DNA from: the human T2T-CHM13v2.0 reference genome, Homo sapiens
NCBI RefSeq assembly: GCF_009914755.1
Contig: NC_060926.1
Direction: 5' to 3' (one strand)
DNA: 64,000 nucleotides
The translations under genes were made by a program, and so were the position numbers. The notes under the pieces were generated by a model that saw only the letters and a program-made list of their open reading frames with translations, made no database searches and was not told the origin of the DNA. Shown piece after piece: positions 15,850 to 29,116 of the stretch (its first letter is position 1; each line of letters opens with the position of its first letter).

Positions 15850-16304
15850 TTCCTACTCAACATACCTTCCATGACTTCTACTGTCTATGAAGAAACTCCA
15901 AACTCCTTAACTTGGTGTGTCCATAGTGTTCAGGTCTCACTAACTTGGGGGCTAAGATGGTCACATTTTCTTTAATGGCCAATTATGATGATATGCTATT
16001 GACAGGCAATCCAGGATGTGCCCAGTTTCTCTACCCCTTGGAGCCAAGACTATCCTCTCCCAATCTCAGGCCCATTCTTTAAATCCTCATTTTCTGTCTC
16101 TCTTTACAGAGTGTGATTCATAGGGACAATGGCCCAAAAAGATACAGCCCTGCTTTCCCCTGGATTCACAGTTTTATCCCAGGGATATTTTGCATTGCAA
16201 TTTGCCTTCAATTTGACCATGGAGTCTAATACTTCATGGTAATATTTGATATTTTCTGCCTCTCTCACATCCATTTCTTTAAATCCACGTGTAATCATGG
16301 GATT

Positions 16305-16460
16305 CAGAACTGAAAAGAACCTTAGTAATCATTGAGTCAAACTTCCCGGTATTTTAAGTAAAGAGATAGAAAATTCAAGTGACTCACTTACATGATAGTT
16401 ACTTGGCAATAGAGTTAGTATTTATGATTTGTTTTCTTGATTTCTGGTTCAAAATGCTTC
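16305..16460 (-). mobile_element. MIR fragment
   Basis: cagaactgaaaagaaccttagtaatcattgagtcaaac...aagtgactcacttacatg. Confidence 0.5.
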
Positions 16461-17044
16461 CCTGAGACCACCCAGTATCTTATAATTAGGTAACTTAAAA
16501 GGAACTTATAGGTAAATGAAAGATCTAGGTTTGTATACTGGATAATTGTCCCTTCATTTATCTGTCTATTAAGATTTAATTTTCATATATAGGTGCCTAA
16601 TGACAAGATACCCCCATATCTGATAGAGGCAAAATGTATCATTTTTGAATGAGATTAAACAAAGATAGCCTGTATTGGCTACTCTCTCCACTGTCTACCT
16701 GTATGACTCTGAGAATGGACTTTACGGTCAATCTGTGCTAAAAATTTTGGGGCTACAGGCTGGGGGGCAGTTATGAGTGAGGTTCCCTTTTCAGGTGTGT
16801 CTCTTCCCCTGGTCAGTGTCTGCAGGGGCTGTGTTCTATTCATTCTCATATTCCCAAAGCCCCACACAGTACCAGCTCAGAGTAAGGACTTGAGAAGTGT
16901 GTGTTGAGCAGAGAGGAAATGTCGAAAGAACATTCCCTTTTCCTCAGACAGAGATGATGGCACAGAAAAGGAGCATAAGAGATGACCAGGGACATACTGA
17001 GTTGGTGAGGGGGAGGTCGGAGAGTAAAGAAAGGGGATGTTTCA

Positions 17045-17550
17045 TGTTTTAGTTATCTATTGCTGTGTACAAACATTACTTTTAATGGGAAAACTGCGTT
17101 ACTTTTGCACCAACCTAATACCACCAAACTTAGTAGCTCAGGGCAATAATAGTTTCACTATCCTGTGGGTCTGTTGGGCTCAGCTGAGTGGTCCTTTTGC
17201 TGTATACTATATTGGCTGTCGTCACAAGGCTGCACAGCTGGCAGCTCCATCTAAGATGGCCTCCTCCTCCAGGGCCTCTCTGGGCACAGCCTCATACCAT
17301 TCCATACACGAGCCTGAGTTTCTTAAATGGGGGCTGGAACCTAGAGGGCAACAGTAGAGCTGTCAGCTCTCTTAAGGCATAGGCCCAGAACCAGCAAGGC
17401 ATCACTTCTGTAACATTCTATTGACCAAAACAAGTCACAAAGCCAGCCCAGCCAAGGGGTGGATAGACTCTACTTCCTGATGGAAGGAGTGGCGTGCATG
17501 CACAGAAATGGAGGAACTGTTGCAGCCATGTTTCTGACAAACTGCTACAA
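17045..17550 (-). mobile_element. MLT1 (F/G/H-type) MaLR LTR
   Basis: tgttttagttatctattgctgtgta... start; catcacttctgtaacattctattgacc...aagtcacaaagccagccc. Confidence 0.75.
17074..17120. mobile_element. Half MADE1 (Hsmar1-derived MITE), one TIR plus TA
   Basis: cattacttttaatgggaaaactgcgttacttttgcaccaacctaa-ta is the right half of MADE1, inserted in the MLT1. Confidence 0.85.
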
Positions 17551-18575
17551 GGGAGGAAAAGGTTGTACATAGTGCCTTGACTAAGGCCCCAGTGGATACA
17601 TGTAATGCAGACACCTAGGAGAATGTCTGTCTTTAAGAGAAATGTAACTGTCCAAGACTATTAAGGAAGCAAATATGCTTTATCACCTTATGTTTCTGAA
17701 TTAAGAAATGCCTTACCCTGAACACTAATGTGTGCCCCCAACAGGGCTTTTCAAGATATTAGCTCTGAGGGTAAAAGTATAATAAAGATACTCGGCTACT
17801 GCAACTTTTCTTTAGAGAGAGCTAGGGCTTAAATGAAAGCAGTAAATTTTCCTTGTCTGCAATAATGAGAAACCCTCAAACCACTCATGTAGCATAATTC
17901 AGAAGTTATAGGACAGTCTACAATGAAGCATTTTTATGAGCAATCAAACACAGCAGTCAAAAGATTTTTCCTTCTTTCAGTTTCAAAATGCTAAGACTTC
18001 CCAGCCACGTTGTGAACAAAGGACAAAAAAGAACAGAGTATGCAGGGGAAAGAATCAGAAGGCCTGAACTCCTTTTGCAGACTCTGCTGTTCATTAGCTC
18101 CAGGCCAGGGCTGGTCACCCAGCTGCTCCTGCCTCTGTTCCTTCCTTTTTCAAGTAGGGATGGTAAAGTGGGATCTGCCTCACCCGGCCCTGCCTGCTTG
18201 GGAGGGTTACTGAGGGGCTGCTATACCATAGTAGGTGTAAACATTTTGAACACTTCAAGTGGATGTTGTTGTTGTTACTATGTGATCTCAGAAAATGACT
18301 AGATACATATGCTAATAAAATATCTGTCAATATCTAAGATCTGTCAATATCTGTGAATATTGTTGGTATCTTTGTAGAGGCTTTGTTTTTATTGTTAACT
18401 TTTAAATTACAAAGTTACACATGAATTAAGCTAATTATATAAAGCTCACATATATAAGGCAAGAAATAAAACCTTTTCTACATCTCAACTGTCCCCATCC
18501 CCCTCCCTTCTCAGAGGTAACCACAGTTGCACTGATGTATATTTGCATATTCTTCCAGATCAGTTCTATACTTTT

Positions 18576-18869
18576 TCTTGTTGTTGTTGAAGAGATAGTG
18601 TCTTGCTCTTTTGCTCAGGCTAGAGTGCAGTGGCGTAATCACAGCTCACTGCAGTTTTGACCTCCTGGACTCAAGCAATCCTCCTACCTCAGCCTCCTGA
18701 GTAGCTAGGATTACAGGCTGCACCACCACACCCAATTACTTTTTTAAATTATTTTTTGCAGAGGGGGTCTTATTATGTTGCTTAGGCTGGTCTCAAACTC
18801 TGGGGCTCAGGTGATGGTCCTGCCTCAGTCTCCCAAAGTGCTAACAGGCATGAGCCAGGGTGCCCAGCC
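18576..18869 (-). mobile_element. AluJ inserted in an L1ME relic
   Basis: J-type acagctcactgcag...ctcaagcaatcctcc; TSD cagtt(c)(t/c)atactttt at 18561-18575 and 18870-18884. Confidence 0.9.
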
Positions 18870-19539
18870 CAGTTCCATACTTTTAGAATATGTACAAGCA
18901 CAGAAACATGCAATTTTTACATAAATGGTATGTATTAATACTGATTTTCATAAAATTTGTAGATAATTTTTTCAGAAGTCAATGAAATATTTTGCAAAGA
19001 ATTTGCCAAATTAAAGATTGGCTAAAGGCTTTATACCTTAACTGCAGAGACTCCTTGCTAATCTCATGCGTACACATTGTTTTCCTCTTGTTTATTACTA
19101 ATTTGGAATAGGTTTTATTTTACTATATGGAATGTATCTTTGTAAAGTTCTTTAAAACCTTTCAGAACAAGAATTGAAACACACACATAAACTTATCATA
19201 TGTCAGTGGCTTCTGCCTCCCCTTCTCTTCCCTTGATTACTTTGCATTTTCTAAGCAAAACTTTCAAGCTGACAGCAACAAGCAACTTCTCCCTTCCTAT
19301 GCTTTTAATATTTTTCTGGGTCATTCGCAGTTCACAGAGTGGCTTTTACCTCAGATAACCCCTTTCTCATATGCACGCCCAAATCCACTTTTGAATTCCT
19401 CTAATATTCTTGTTTAGTTACCTCAGGGAAACCTTTGCTTTTCAGCCCCTCCCCAGCTCACTCACTTGGCTAAAACCATGGCCCCCTTTGACTTCTGCTA
19501 GTGATAAATCTGTATTAATAAAACATCTGTTTGCTAATT

Positions 19540-19730
19540 TACTCATGCTATCAATACTTCTGGAATACCTACTGTGTGCCAGACACCATGGATCACTGGG
19601 TTATGCGAGAACGTGTCAAGGGGCCTGCCGCAGTTTAGGGGGTCATGGAAACATTCTCTGAGGAAGTGTGGACTTGAACTGAGATCTGGGGAGGAAGATC
19701 AGGAGGAGGAGGTAATTAGATGAATAGTGC

Positions 19731-19776
<46 letters not shown>

Positions 19777-20200
19777 GGAATAGAGATTGCGGAACATTCC
19801 AGACAGAGGCTCAGCATACCCAGTGGTCCTGCAGTCGGGAGAAACCTAGGACTTGTAGGGAATCAAAAGGACATTGTGATCAGACCATAGGGAGCAGCGG
19901 GGATGATGGTGAGAAATTAGGTTGAGGAGACAGTCAGGGTCATGTATCACAGATTGTGGAACATAGGTCAGCTGTGTTAAGGGTTTTAGCCTTCAAATGT
20001 GAGAATGAAAAGGCATCGAAAGATTTTAAACAGGAGTGTGTGCCCGCATGTCAGTGTGTGTGCATCTGTACGTGTGTGTATGTGTGTGAGACAGAGAACT
20101 GAACAGATTTGCATTTTAAAACAATAATTCTGATAGTGTGGAAATCAAGTTGGAGGAGTGCAAATGTGGATGCAGGGAGACCAATTTGAAAAGATTCAAG
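19540..20200 (-). mobile_element. L2 fragment containing a (TG)n microsatellite
   Basis: ggaatacctactgtgtgccagacacc... and downstream L2 text (gcattttaaaacaataattctg, gcagggagacc). Confidence 0.65.
19732..19774. repeat. (TG)21 microsatellite
   Basis: Perfect dinucleotide run. Confidence 0.98.
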
Positions 20201-21574
20201 TAAACATAGGCAGTAAATTATGAGGGTTAACGGCCTCTGGTGATCTTAAAACTACCCAGATACGTTCTTTAAAATCTTCAAAACTTCCCACTTATCGACT
20301 TATGCTGTGATACTTAAATCCTTTTCAAGCACTTAAGTATTTTAAGATAAAAATGTGAAGAACCTATTGCTCAATTTATGATCATTCATATTACAACCAG
20401 AACACTGCCTACTATTTTCAATATAAACCTCTGGGTGGGGGGTCTTGCCATGGTATGCCATTGCCAGGGAAGGTGGATGGGGAGGGTTCCAGTGAGGCAA
20501 GGCAGGGTGCTAGGGGCAGGAGGTCTCTCTCTGAGCACCTGGAGGCCCTCAGGGTGGCCTTACCTTGGTGTGCTTACCACAGCTTAGGGCAGGAGCCCTA
20601 AAACTTGATTCATTACCTTCCTGCCCCAACTGCCCTAGATTTCTCCAATTTTATTTGAAATAATTTATTCATGATACAGATTTTAACATGGTCATACTTT
20701 CAATAAATATGCTTGAGCCATTTTTTTGAGGAGGCAACAATTTAAAAAAAAATCTATGCAATATGACCGAGAATTCCCAGAACACACAATTTTGCAGTGA
20801 GAGAGGCGTATGGAAATCAGGAGTGTATTTCATTCTTGTCTTCAACTAAAGGTTTAACAGCAATATTAACTATAATGGAGATGAATGAGCTCTTGCAAAC
20901 AAGAATCAACAATTGCCATTTAAGTGTTGTTTTTGAGAAATAATTCTGATTCAATCAACGCATTAAAATATTTTAAGATAAATTCTGCTGAAGAAAACTA
21001 AGAATGGTGCTGTCCAGGTAATAGAGTTAAAACAAATCTTCACTAATTTTTGTTTCACAGGATAGTGAAACAAAAATTATTTTATTTAGTTTTTTAACCA
21101 CGGTTTAATGTATATATATTTTTCAGCCTCCAATTTTGTTTCCTTTACTGTAGTATTTCTCGGCTTTTCCTTCTAGAATGGTTGAAAAATTTGTGATGGA
21201 GTCTATGAAGAAATAGATTTCAAAAACCAGGGAAAATTTTAGATTGGCGAATGGTTCTGCTTGGAAATACATCTTCTACTGAGGTTGGAGGCTGATGAGG
21301 AAAAGTAAAAACAATGAGGGAGGTAAAGCAAGAAAAGAAACAATACACTACAGATAAGCAATGAACAATTTTGTTTCCTGGGGGAAATGCAGAATTTTCT
21401 GTTTTCTAGAGATGTGGCCAACTGGGAATAACACCTTCCTTGTCTTCCAAGCCACAGATGTGGGCTTTTCCAGTCCTAACTTGGAGAAAAAAAATTAGGT
21501 TGAAGATATATACACAAAATTCATACTCTGGGTTTCCCACCAAAACATGGAACAGAAATGGAAGACAACAAGGT

Positions 21575-21730
21575 AAAGAGCATTGGCTCTGGAGTCATCC
21601 AAACCCGCGTTGACTACCCGTTATAAACAGTGTTTTGTCCTTCAAAATTCCTCGGGCTTCCGTTTCCTCATTTGTAAAATGAAATGACTTTGCAGGGCTA
21701 CGGTGAGAAAATACATATGTGTGGGAAGAT
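21575..21730 (+). mobile_element. MIR
   Basis: aagagcattggctctggagtc...cgtttcctcatttgtaaaatga. Confidence 0.7.
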
Positions 21731-21891
21731 AGCCTATCAATGTAAGTGTATAAATATCTCTAAAAAATCTCTCTATATACAGATAGCAGTATTTATCTCC
21801 ATATCTGTATTTATATCACATAGTCAGCACTCAATGGCTAGATGCATTGGTTATTATTGTTGTCTCGAGGTAAGATAGGCTTAGAGTTTTA

Positions 21892-22183
21892 GTGGTAGGC
21901 TGAGTAATGATCCCCCAAAGATGTTCGCATCCTAAAGCTTGGAACCTGTGAATCTTGCCATATGTGACAAAAGAGGGTCTGCAGATGTGATCAAGTTGAA
22001 GATCTTGAGATGGGGAGATTACACTAAATAATCTGAGTAGATTCGATGCAAACCCAAGGGTCCTCATAAGTAGGATGCAGGAGTCAGAGTCAGACAGGAG
22101 GAGGCGTGATGACAGAAGAGAGGGACAGAGAGAAAGAGATTTGCGGATGGTGACTCTGAAGATGGAGGAGGGGGCCATGAACC
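21892..22183 (+). mobile_element. MLT1D-like MaLR LTR, 5' part
   Basis: tggtaggctgagtaatgatcccccaaagatg...gaagatcttgagatggggagatt...ctgaagatggaggagggggccatga. Confidence 0.8.
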
Positions 22184-23460
22184 TGTTGGAGCTTCCCCCA
22201 CAACAACTTCTCTCTGGGGGTTCATCTGTTGAGAGTCACAATCGCAATCTTATAGGAGCTGGAGCTTTGCAGGGAGACCCTGAAGACACCCAGAGGGAGG
22301 CTCCCCAGTGCTGTCTTTGGAGACTTGCAGGCAGGTGCCTTGTCCTCTCTATCACCAGCAAGTAAACTGCAACTGGCCCTGCACCTCCTTTTGAGATGAC
22401 TTGGGATTTGATGGGAGCTCAGGGAGCCAAGGAAGGCAAAGAGAAGCAGGAGCCCCGCCACACACATTGCAAGTGGTGGATTGCTGGCTGTGGTTTTCCT
22501 GGAAGGCTCTTAAATGGCTTTCAGGACATTCTTTGTTGGGGCCCTACATTCTTTAGCAGGGCTATCATGACTTAAGGGGTGTGGCCAGCAAGCCACATCC
22601 TCAGGGTGTTTTGTGGGCTGCTCTGCAGTGTGGCATAGGGACCCTGGCTTGAGAGACCTGCTGCTCTTTAAATCTATTACTCAGGAAGTGTTTGGCCTTT
22701 TTCTGCTTATTCTGGTGAAAACATATCTCCAGTTTCCCACTGTGAAAAAGACTTTGTCCTAAAGTTTTGGGGAACTGTTATTTAGAGTCCTTACACCTGC
22801 TAAGATATCTCCCCAAGTCCCAAAGGCCAAAAATAAAAGGCAACTTTCTACCCCAAGCCACCATAGTGGCTGCACTATGGTCAGACAAGTGGTCATCATC
22901 CTGGTCTGTAACATCTTGCTCACTCCTCTGTGCTCCCATATACAGTCATAGTGTATAGCTGCATTAAAGCACTTGTTTCAACATTTTGAAATTGTGCTTT
23001 CCCCATCACTTAGAATCCATGCATTCTTCAGTGCTGGGATCACATCTTATAGAGCTTGGTATTCCCAGATATTAGTATGGTGCTTGTCACGTAAGTTATT
23101 AATAAATGTTTCTTAGATGAGCAAACTTTACCTCTGTGGTAATTTGTGTAGCTGCTATCCACTCGATGTAGTTGCTTTTCAAAAAACTGAGGTATAATTT
23201 ACATACAATCTACCAGAAAGTGTTAAGTATTCAGTTCAATTATTTTGACAGTTGAATATATCATGACAATTGACTACACCAAAACAAGAGGCAACCACTG
23301 TTTATGGCTTTTTTTAACCAGAGATTAATTTTGCCTAGTTTTGGACTTTATAGAATTGGTTTGTATATTATACACATTTTGTGCAGCTTCTTTCACTTAG
23401 CATAACTGGAAGTCTCAAGTTTTATTCATACGGTTACATCATCAGTAATTTTTTTCTTTT

Positions 23461-23762
<302 letters not shown>

Positions 23763-24268
23763 AGTAATTTTTTCTTTTTCTTTTTGACTAATATATATCT
23801 ATTGACTAATACATATCTATTTCTTTTTGACTAATATTCAATTTATGAATATGCCAGAGTATGTTCATCCACCCTCATATTGATGAACATTTGGGTTGTT
23901 TCCAGTTTGGGCTGTTATGGAAAAGCTTCTTTGAGTATTCTTGTACAGTTCTTCTTGTGGACATATGTTTTCATTTCTTTTGAGAGATATTGAGGGTGGA
24001 ATTGCTGGTTGTAGGATACATGAAGAAGTTAACTTTATAAAAATCTGACAAACTATTTTCCTAAGTGGCCGTACCATTTGCATTCCTACCAACAGTGTTT
24101 GAGAGTTCCATTTCTCCACATCCACATCAACTTTTGGTATTGTCTTATCTTTACATCTGAGCCATTTTAATAGGTGCAAAATGGCATCTCATGGTGGTTT
24201 TAATTTCCATATCAGTGATGATTAATGATGTGGAAAACACTTTCATGTGCCTATTCCTTGTTCTTATA

Positions 24269-24625
24269 CTGTAGTACCCACTAATCCCTGGGGGATTCAT
24301 TCTAAGAACCCCAGTGGCCGCCTGGAACCAAGTATATTACTGAACTCTGTATGTACTACTTTTTAAAAATCTGATAACTAAGGCAGCTACTGACTAAGGG
24401 GTGGGTAGCACAGACTGTGGATATGCTGGACAAAGGGATGATTCAGCTCCCTGGTGGAACAGAGCAGGATGGCTCAAGATTTCATCACGCTACTCAGAAT
24501 AGTGGACGATTTTAAACCACAAATTGTTTATTTCTGACATTTTCCATTTAGTATTTTCTGACTGTGGTTTACTGTAGGTAACTGAAACTGGAAAGTGAAA
24601 CCAAGGATAAAGGGAGGGACTACTC
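24269..24625 (-). mobile_element. MER44A-like (Tigger7-derived) MITE
   Basis: TIR-like ends ctgtagtaccc... and ...gggactactc, TA on both sides, internal gctggacaaagggatgattca...tttcatcacgctactcagaa. Confidence 0.8.
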
Positions 24626-27600
24626 TATGTATCTTTTTTTGTGAAATGACAGCTTCAATCTTTTGCCCATTAAAAAAATTAAATTGTCATATTATTGATT
24701 TGAAAGAGTTCTTTATATACAATGCATACACGCCCTTTGTCAGATATATGTACTGATTTGCATATTCATTTTCTTAATGGTATCTTTTGGTACACAGAAA
24801 TTTTTGTTTTAATGAAAACCAGCTATCATTTTTCATAGTTCGTGCTTTTTGTGTTCTGTCTAAAAAAATTTGCCTACTCCAAGGTTGTAAAGTTACTCTT
24901 TTATGCTTTCTACTAGAAACTTTATTATTCTAGGTTATATTTTGTTCTATGTTTATCTCAAACTATTTTATTGTATGGCGTGTGACAGGAGTCAAGTTTT
25001 TTGTTTGTTTTTTATATGGCCATCCAGTTGTTCCAGCACCACTTGTTAACAAGTCTTCTTTTCTTCATGAAATCACCTTGTCACATTCAGTTAAAAATCA
25101 GTTGATTCTAATCTTGATGTGAACCTAAAACTACTCTAATAAAGCGTTTTAAAAAATTAATTAAGTCTATACATATGAGTCTATTTCTGGATTCTGTTCT
25201 CTTGATGTATTTGTCTATCTTCACGTCAATACTACAATGCATTGATTAGTCTAACATATTCGGTTTTAGAACCGGGTATTATAAATCTTCCAACTTTAAT
25301 TTTTTCAAGATTGCTTTGGCATTTTCATATCAGTTATAGGTTCAGCTTGTAAATTTCTCTAAAAAGTCCTACTGAAATTTTGATGACTGTATTAAATTCA
25401 CAAATAAATCTGAGGAAAATAAATATCTTAACAACATTGAGTCTTCTACCTCATAAACATTGAATGTCTCTCCCTTTTGTCTGGGTTTCTTTAATTTCTC
25501 ACATCAGTGTTTTACAGTTTTTTACTGTAGAGAAATTGTACACCTCTCTTAGCATTTTCCTATTTGATATTTTTTGATACTATTGCATATAGTATTTTTT
25601 ACATGTTGTTTTCCAATTGTTTACTGCTGGTATATAGAAATAGAATTGATTTTTATATATTGACCTAGGTAAACTCATTACTTAGTTCTTATAGTTATTT
25701 TGTATCCAAAGTTTTCTATATAAACAATTGTGTCATCTGCAAAGAATGACAGTTTTACTTTCCTCTTTATACGAATTACTTCTTTCTTTCCTTTATCTAT
25801 ATGCCTTCTATTTCTTTTTCTCCTCTTATTGCATTGGCTACAACTGCCAGTTAAATGTTAAGTAGAAATGATGAAAGTGAAAGTCCTTGCCTTGTTCTTT
25901 ATGTTAAAAGGAAAAATCAGTAAGTATTATATTAGCTGTAGGTTTTAAGAGATCCTTTTCAGCAGTTTGAAGAAGTCCTTGTCTATTTCTAATTTGCTCA
26001 AGAGTTATTATCATGAATGGAGGTTGACTTTGGTCAAACGCTTTTTTATGCATCTACTGAGATCATTGTATGGTTTCCCTTTATTCTTTCATTGACTAAT
26101 TTTCAGATGTGAAACCAATCTTACATTTCTTTAAAAACCTTCACTTGGTCATGATGTGTATTTTGGAAATATATTATTGGATTAGTTTTGCTAATATTTT
26201 GTTAAGGTTTTTTCAGCTGTACTCATAAGGAATATTGGTTTGTAATTTTCTTTTCTTATAATGTCATTGTCAGTATTTGGCATTGGCAGTATGCTGGCTT
26301 CATGGGAATTATTCTCTCCATCTCTAGTTTTGAGAGAACTTGTGTTGAGTTGGTATTATTTCATCCTTAAATGATAATAGATTTCATTGGTAAAGTCACC
26401 TAGATCTCAAGTTTTCTTCATAAAAAAATTTTGATAATAAATTCAATTACTTGAATTGACATAAGAATATTTATTTATGTTTTTATATTTCTGTTATATA
26501 TTTCAGTAAGTTGTGTTTTTAAAATTATTTTTCTATTTCATCTTAATTGTTTAATTTATTGACTTAAAGTTGTTCATAATATTTCCTTGCTATCTTTTTC
26601 ATAACTATAGGGTCTGTAGAAATGCCCTTTTTTTTCATTTCTAACACTGGTAATGGGATTTTCTGTTTCACTTATCAGCCTTGCCCTGGGTTTCATTAAT
26701 CTTTTTTTTAAAACACACTTTTAACATTGTTGATGTTCTCTTTTTGTCAATTTTCTGTTTTATTAATTGACGTTCTTACCATCATTTTTCTTTCTTATAC
26801 TTTGGGTTTTAGTTGTTATTTTTCTAGCTTCTTCATGTGAAGGCTTAGATAATTGATTCTATACCTCCCTTTTTTAAAAAATTGAATGCTATACATTTCC
26901 CTCTAAGTACTTCTTTAGCTACATCTCACAAATCTTGGTAAGTTGGGTGTTCATTATCATTCAGTTCAAATGATTTCAAATTTCTTTTGTAATTTCTCCT
27001 TTGACCATATGTTATTTAGATATATAATGTTTAATTTTCAAATATTTGGGTTTTTTCAGATATCTGATGGTTATTGATTTCCATATTGTCATTATGGTCA
27101 TAAATGTACTCTGTATGGTTTCAATCTTTTTAATTTTAATGAGTCTTATTTTCTGGCTCGGCATTTTTGATCTATCTTGGTTAATAGTTCATGCAAAGTT
27201 AAAAAGAATGTATATTTTGCTGTTTTGGGAGTGGCGTTTTGTAAATGTTGATTAGGTCAAATTGGTTGACAGTGTGGATCAAATATTTTTAAATTATACT
27301 CTTTTCCCTGCTTTTTAAATCAGTTACTCAGAAAGTGATGTTAATATGTTTAACCGTGACTGTAGATTTGTCTTTCTCTCATATTAATTCTACTTGGTTT
27401 TGCTTCATATATTTTCAAGCTATTTTTTTTCTCTCATCTTTTTCCATTCATTTATCCTGCTTTTTCTGCTCTCTTTCAGGTGAATCATGTATATTTCAAT
27501 ATCCCATTTAATCTCCTGTATCAACCTTTAAGCTCTATCTTTTTGTAATACCTCTGTGAGGTTTTTTGGAGTTATTTTAGATATTATGCTATGCATATTT

Positions 27601-28447
27601 AAATCATCTTAATCTACCTTCAATAATATACTACTTCATAATCAATGGAAGACACTTCCAATTGAATAATTTCGTTTAGAGTCCTTCCACCCTTTGTGCT
27701 ATTTTAAAAAATATTTTACTTCTACATGTGCTATAAATTCCACAATACATTATTTTTGCTTCATTCAACAATCTTTTAAAGAATTACATATGTATGTATC
27801 TATACAGTCTATATATACCTATATATATTTATTGATATAAATACATATCACTTAAAAAGAAAAGGTTATTTTACATTTACCCAGGTATTTACCCTGCCTA
27901 TTGTTCTTCATTCTTTTAAAAAATTATTTCTTGTACAGTAAGTCTTCTAGAGATAAATCCTGTCAACTTTTCTCTTTCTGAAAATACGTTTTATTTTACT
28001 TGAATTTCTGAAGGATACTTTTATAGAATTCTAGGCTGACAATTTTCTCCTTTCAATACTTTAAAAAATGCTATTCCATATTCTTCTGGATTCCATTTTT
28101 TCTCTAAGTCAGCCTTCATCTGTATTGTTTTCCCCCACATGTAATCTGTCTTTTCCCTCTGGGTGCTTTAAAGATTTGGTCTTCATCTTTGGTCTTCAGC
28201 AACTTGACTATGATACGCCTAGATTGATTATCTCTGCTCTCACCGCTTTCCTTGCAAACAGCATTTTCTGAGGATGGAAAACATGGCCCACTCCTTCCAG
28301 GAAGGTGGCTAGCAAAACCTATCTGGGTCTGCGACCTTGGGATACTTGCTGGAATGTTTTCAATTTAATGGGCTCCCTGGTGTTATTGCTCTTGCTTGGT
28401 TTTGTTGTTGTTAGCTTTGGAGTAAAAAGCTGGCATTTGTTGGTGAG

Positions 28448-28692
28448 TGTCTTAGTCCCTTTTTTACTGCCATAACAAAATAGCTCAGACTGGGTAATTT
28501 ATAGACAGCATCAAGTTATTCCTCATAGTTATGCACTCTGGAAAGTGCAAGACACAAGGTTCAGTGTCTGAAGAGTGTCTGGTCTCTGCTTCTAAGATGT
28601 CTCTGTCTTCACATGATGGAAAAGCAGAAGAGCAAAGAGGAGCTAGTTAGTTCCCTTGAGCCCTTTTATAAGGGCATTAATTCATTTATGAG
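28448..28692 (-). mobile_element. MST/MLT1A-type MaLR LTR fragment
   Basis: tgtcttagtcc...ctgccataacaaaata...agactgggtaatttatag. Confidence 0.7.
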
Positions 28693-28740
28693 GTAATTGA
28701 TGTTTTATAATACAGATTCAAATATGTAACAGGAAGCCTG

Positions 28741-29116
28741 CCACGTTTCATTTAATCTAAGATGCTGTTGATTGTAAAGCCATTATTTTATATACTAGTA
28801 TGAAAGCAAAAAGTTGTCAACTAAACTGACATGTCAACAAGTTTCAGATTTAGATAGATATGAGATATTAAAATGTGGGAAAAAAAAGATAGTTTATCAT
28901 TCCTCCAAGTGTGGTCTCTGGACCAGCATCACTAGTATCACCAGGGAGATTGTTAGCCATGCAAATTATCCAGCCTGTTCACCCCAGACCTACTGAATCA
29001 GAAGTTCTGGATGTAGAACCCACCAGTCTGGTATAAGAAGCCCTCTGAGTGATTCTGATGCATGATAAAGTTTCAGAACCACTGAAATAGTGCATCTTAA
29101 CCTCTCTGGAATGTGA
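28741..29116. mobile_element. MER104-like TcMar MITE interrupted by MER5A
   Basis: tttcatttaatctaagatgctgttgattgtaa...gagatattaaaatgtg ... gtgcatctta. Confidence 0.55.
28896..29084. mobile_element. MER5A (hAT-Charlie MITE)
   Basis: caagtgtggtctctggaccagcatcac...ccccagacctactgaatcagaa...gattctgatgcatgataaagtttcagaaccactg. Confidence 0.88.

Noticed and set aside
21018-21060. Mini-intron CAG|gtaata...cactaat...cacag
   Set aside because: 43 nt is too short for a normal spliceosomal intron.
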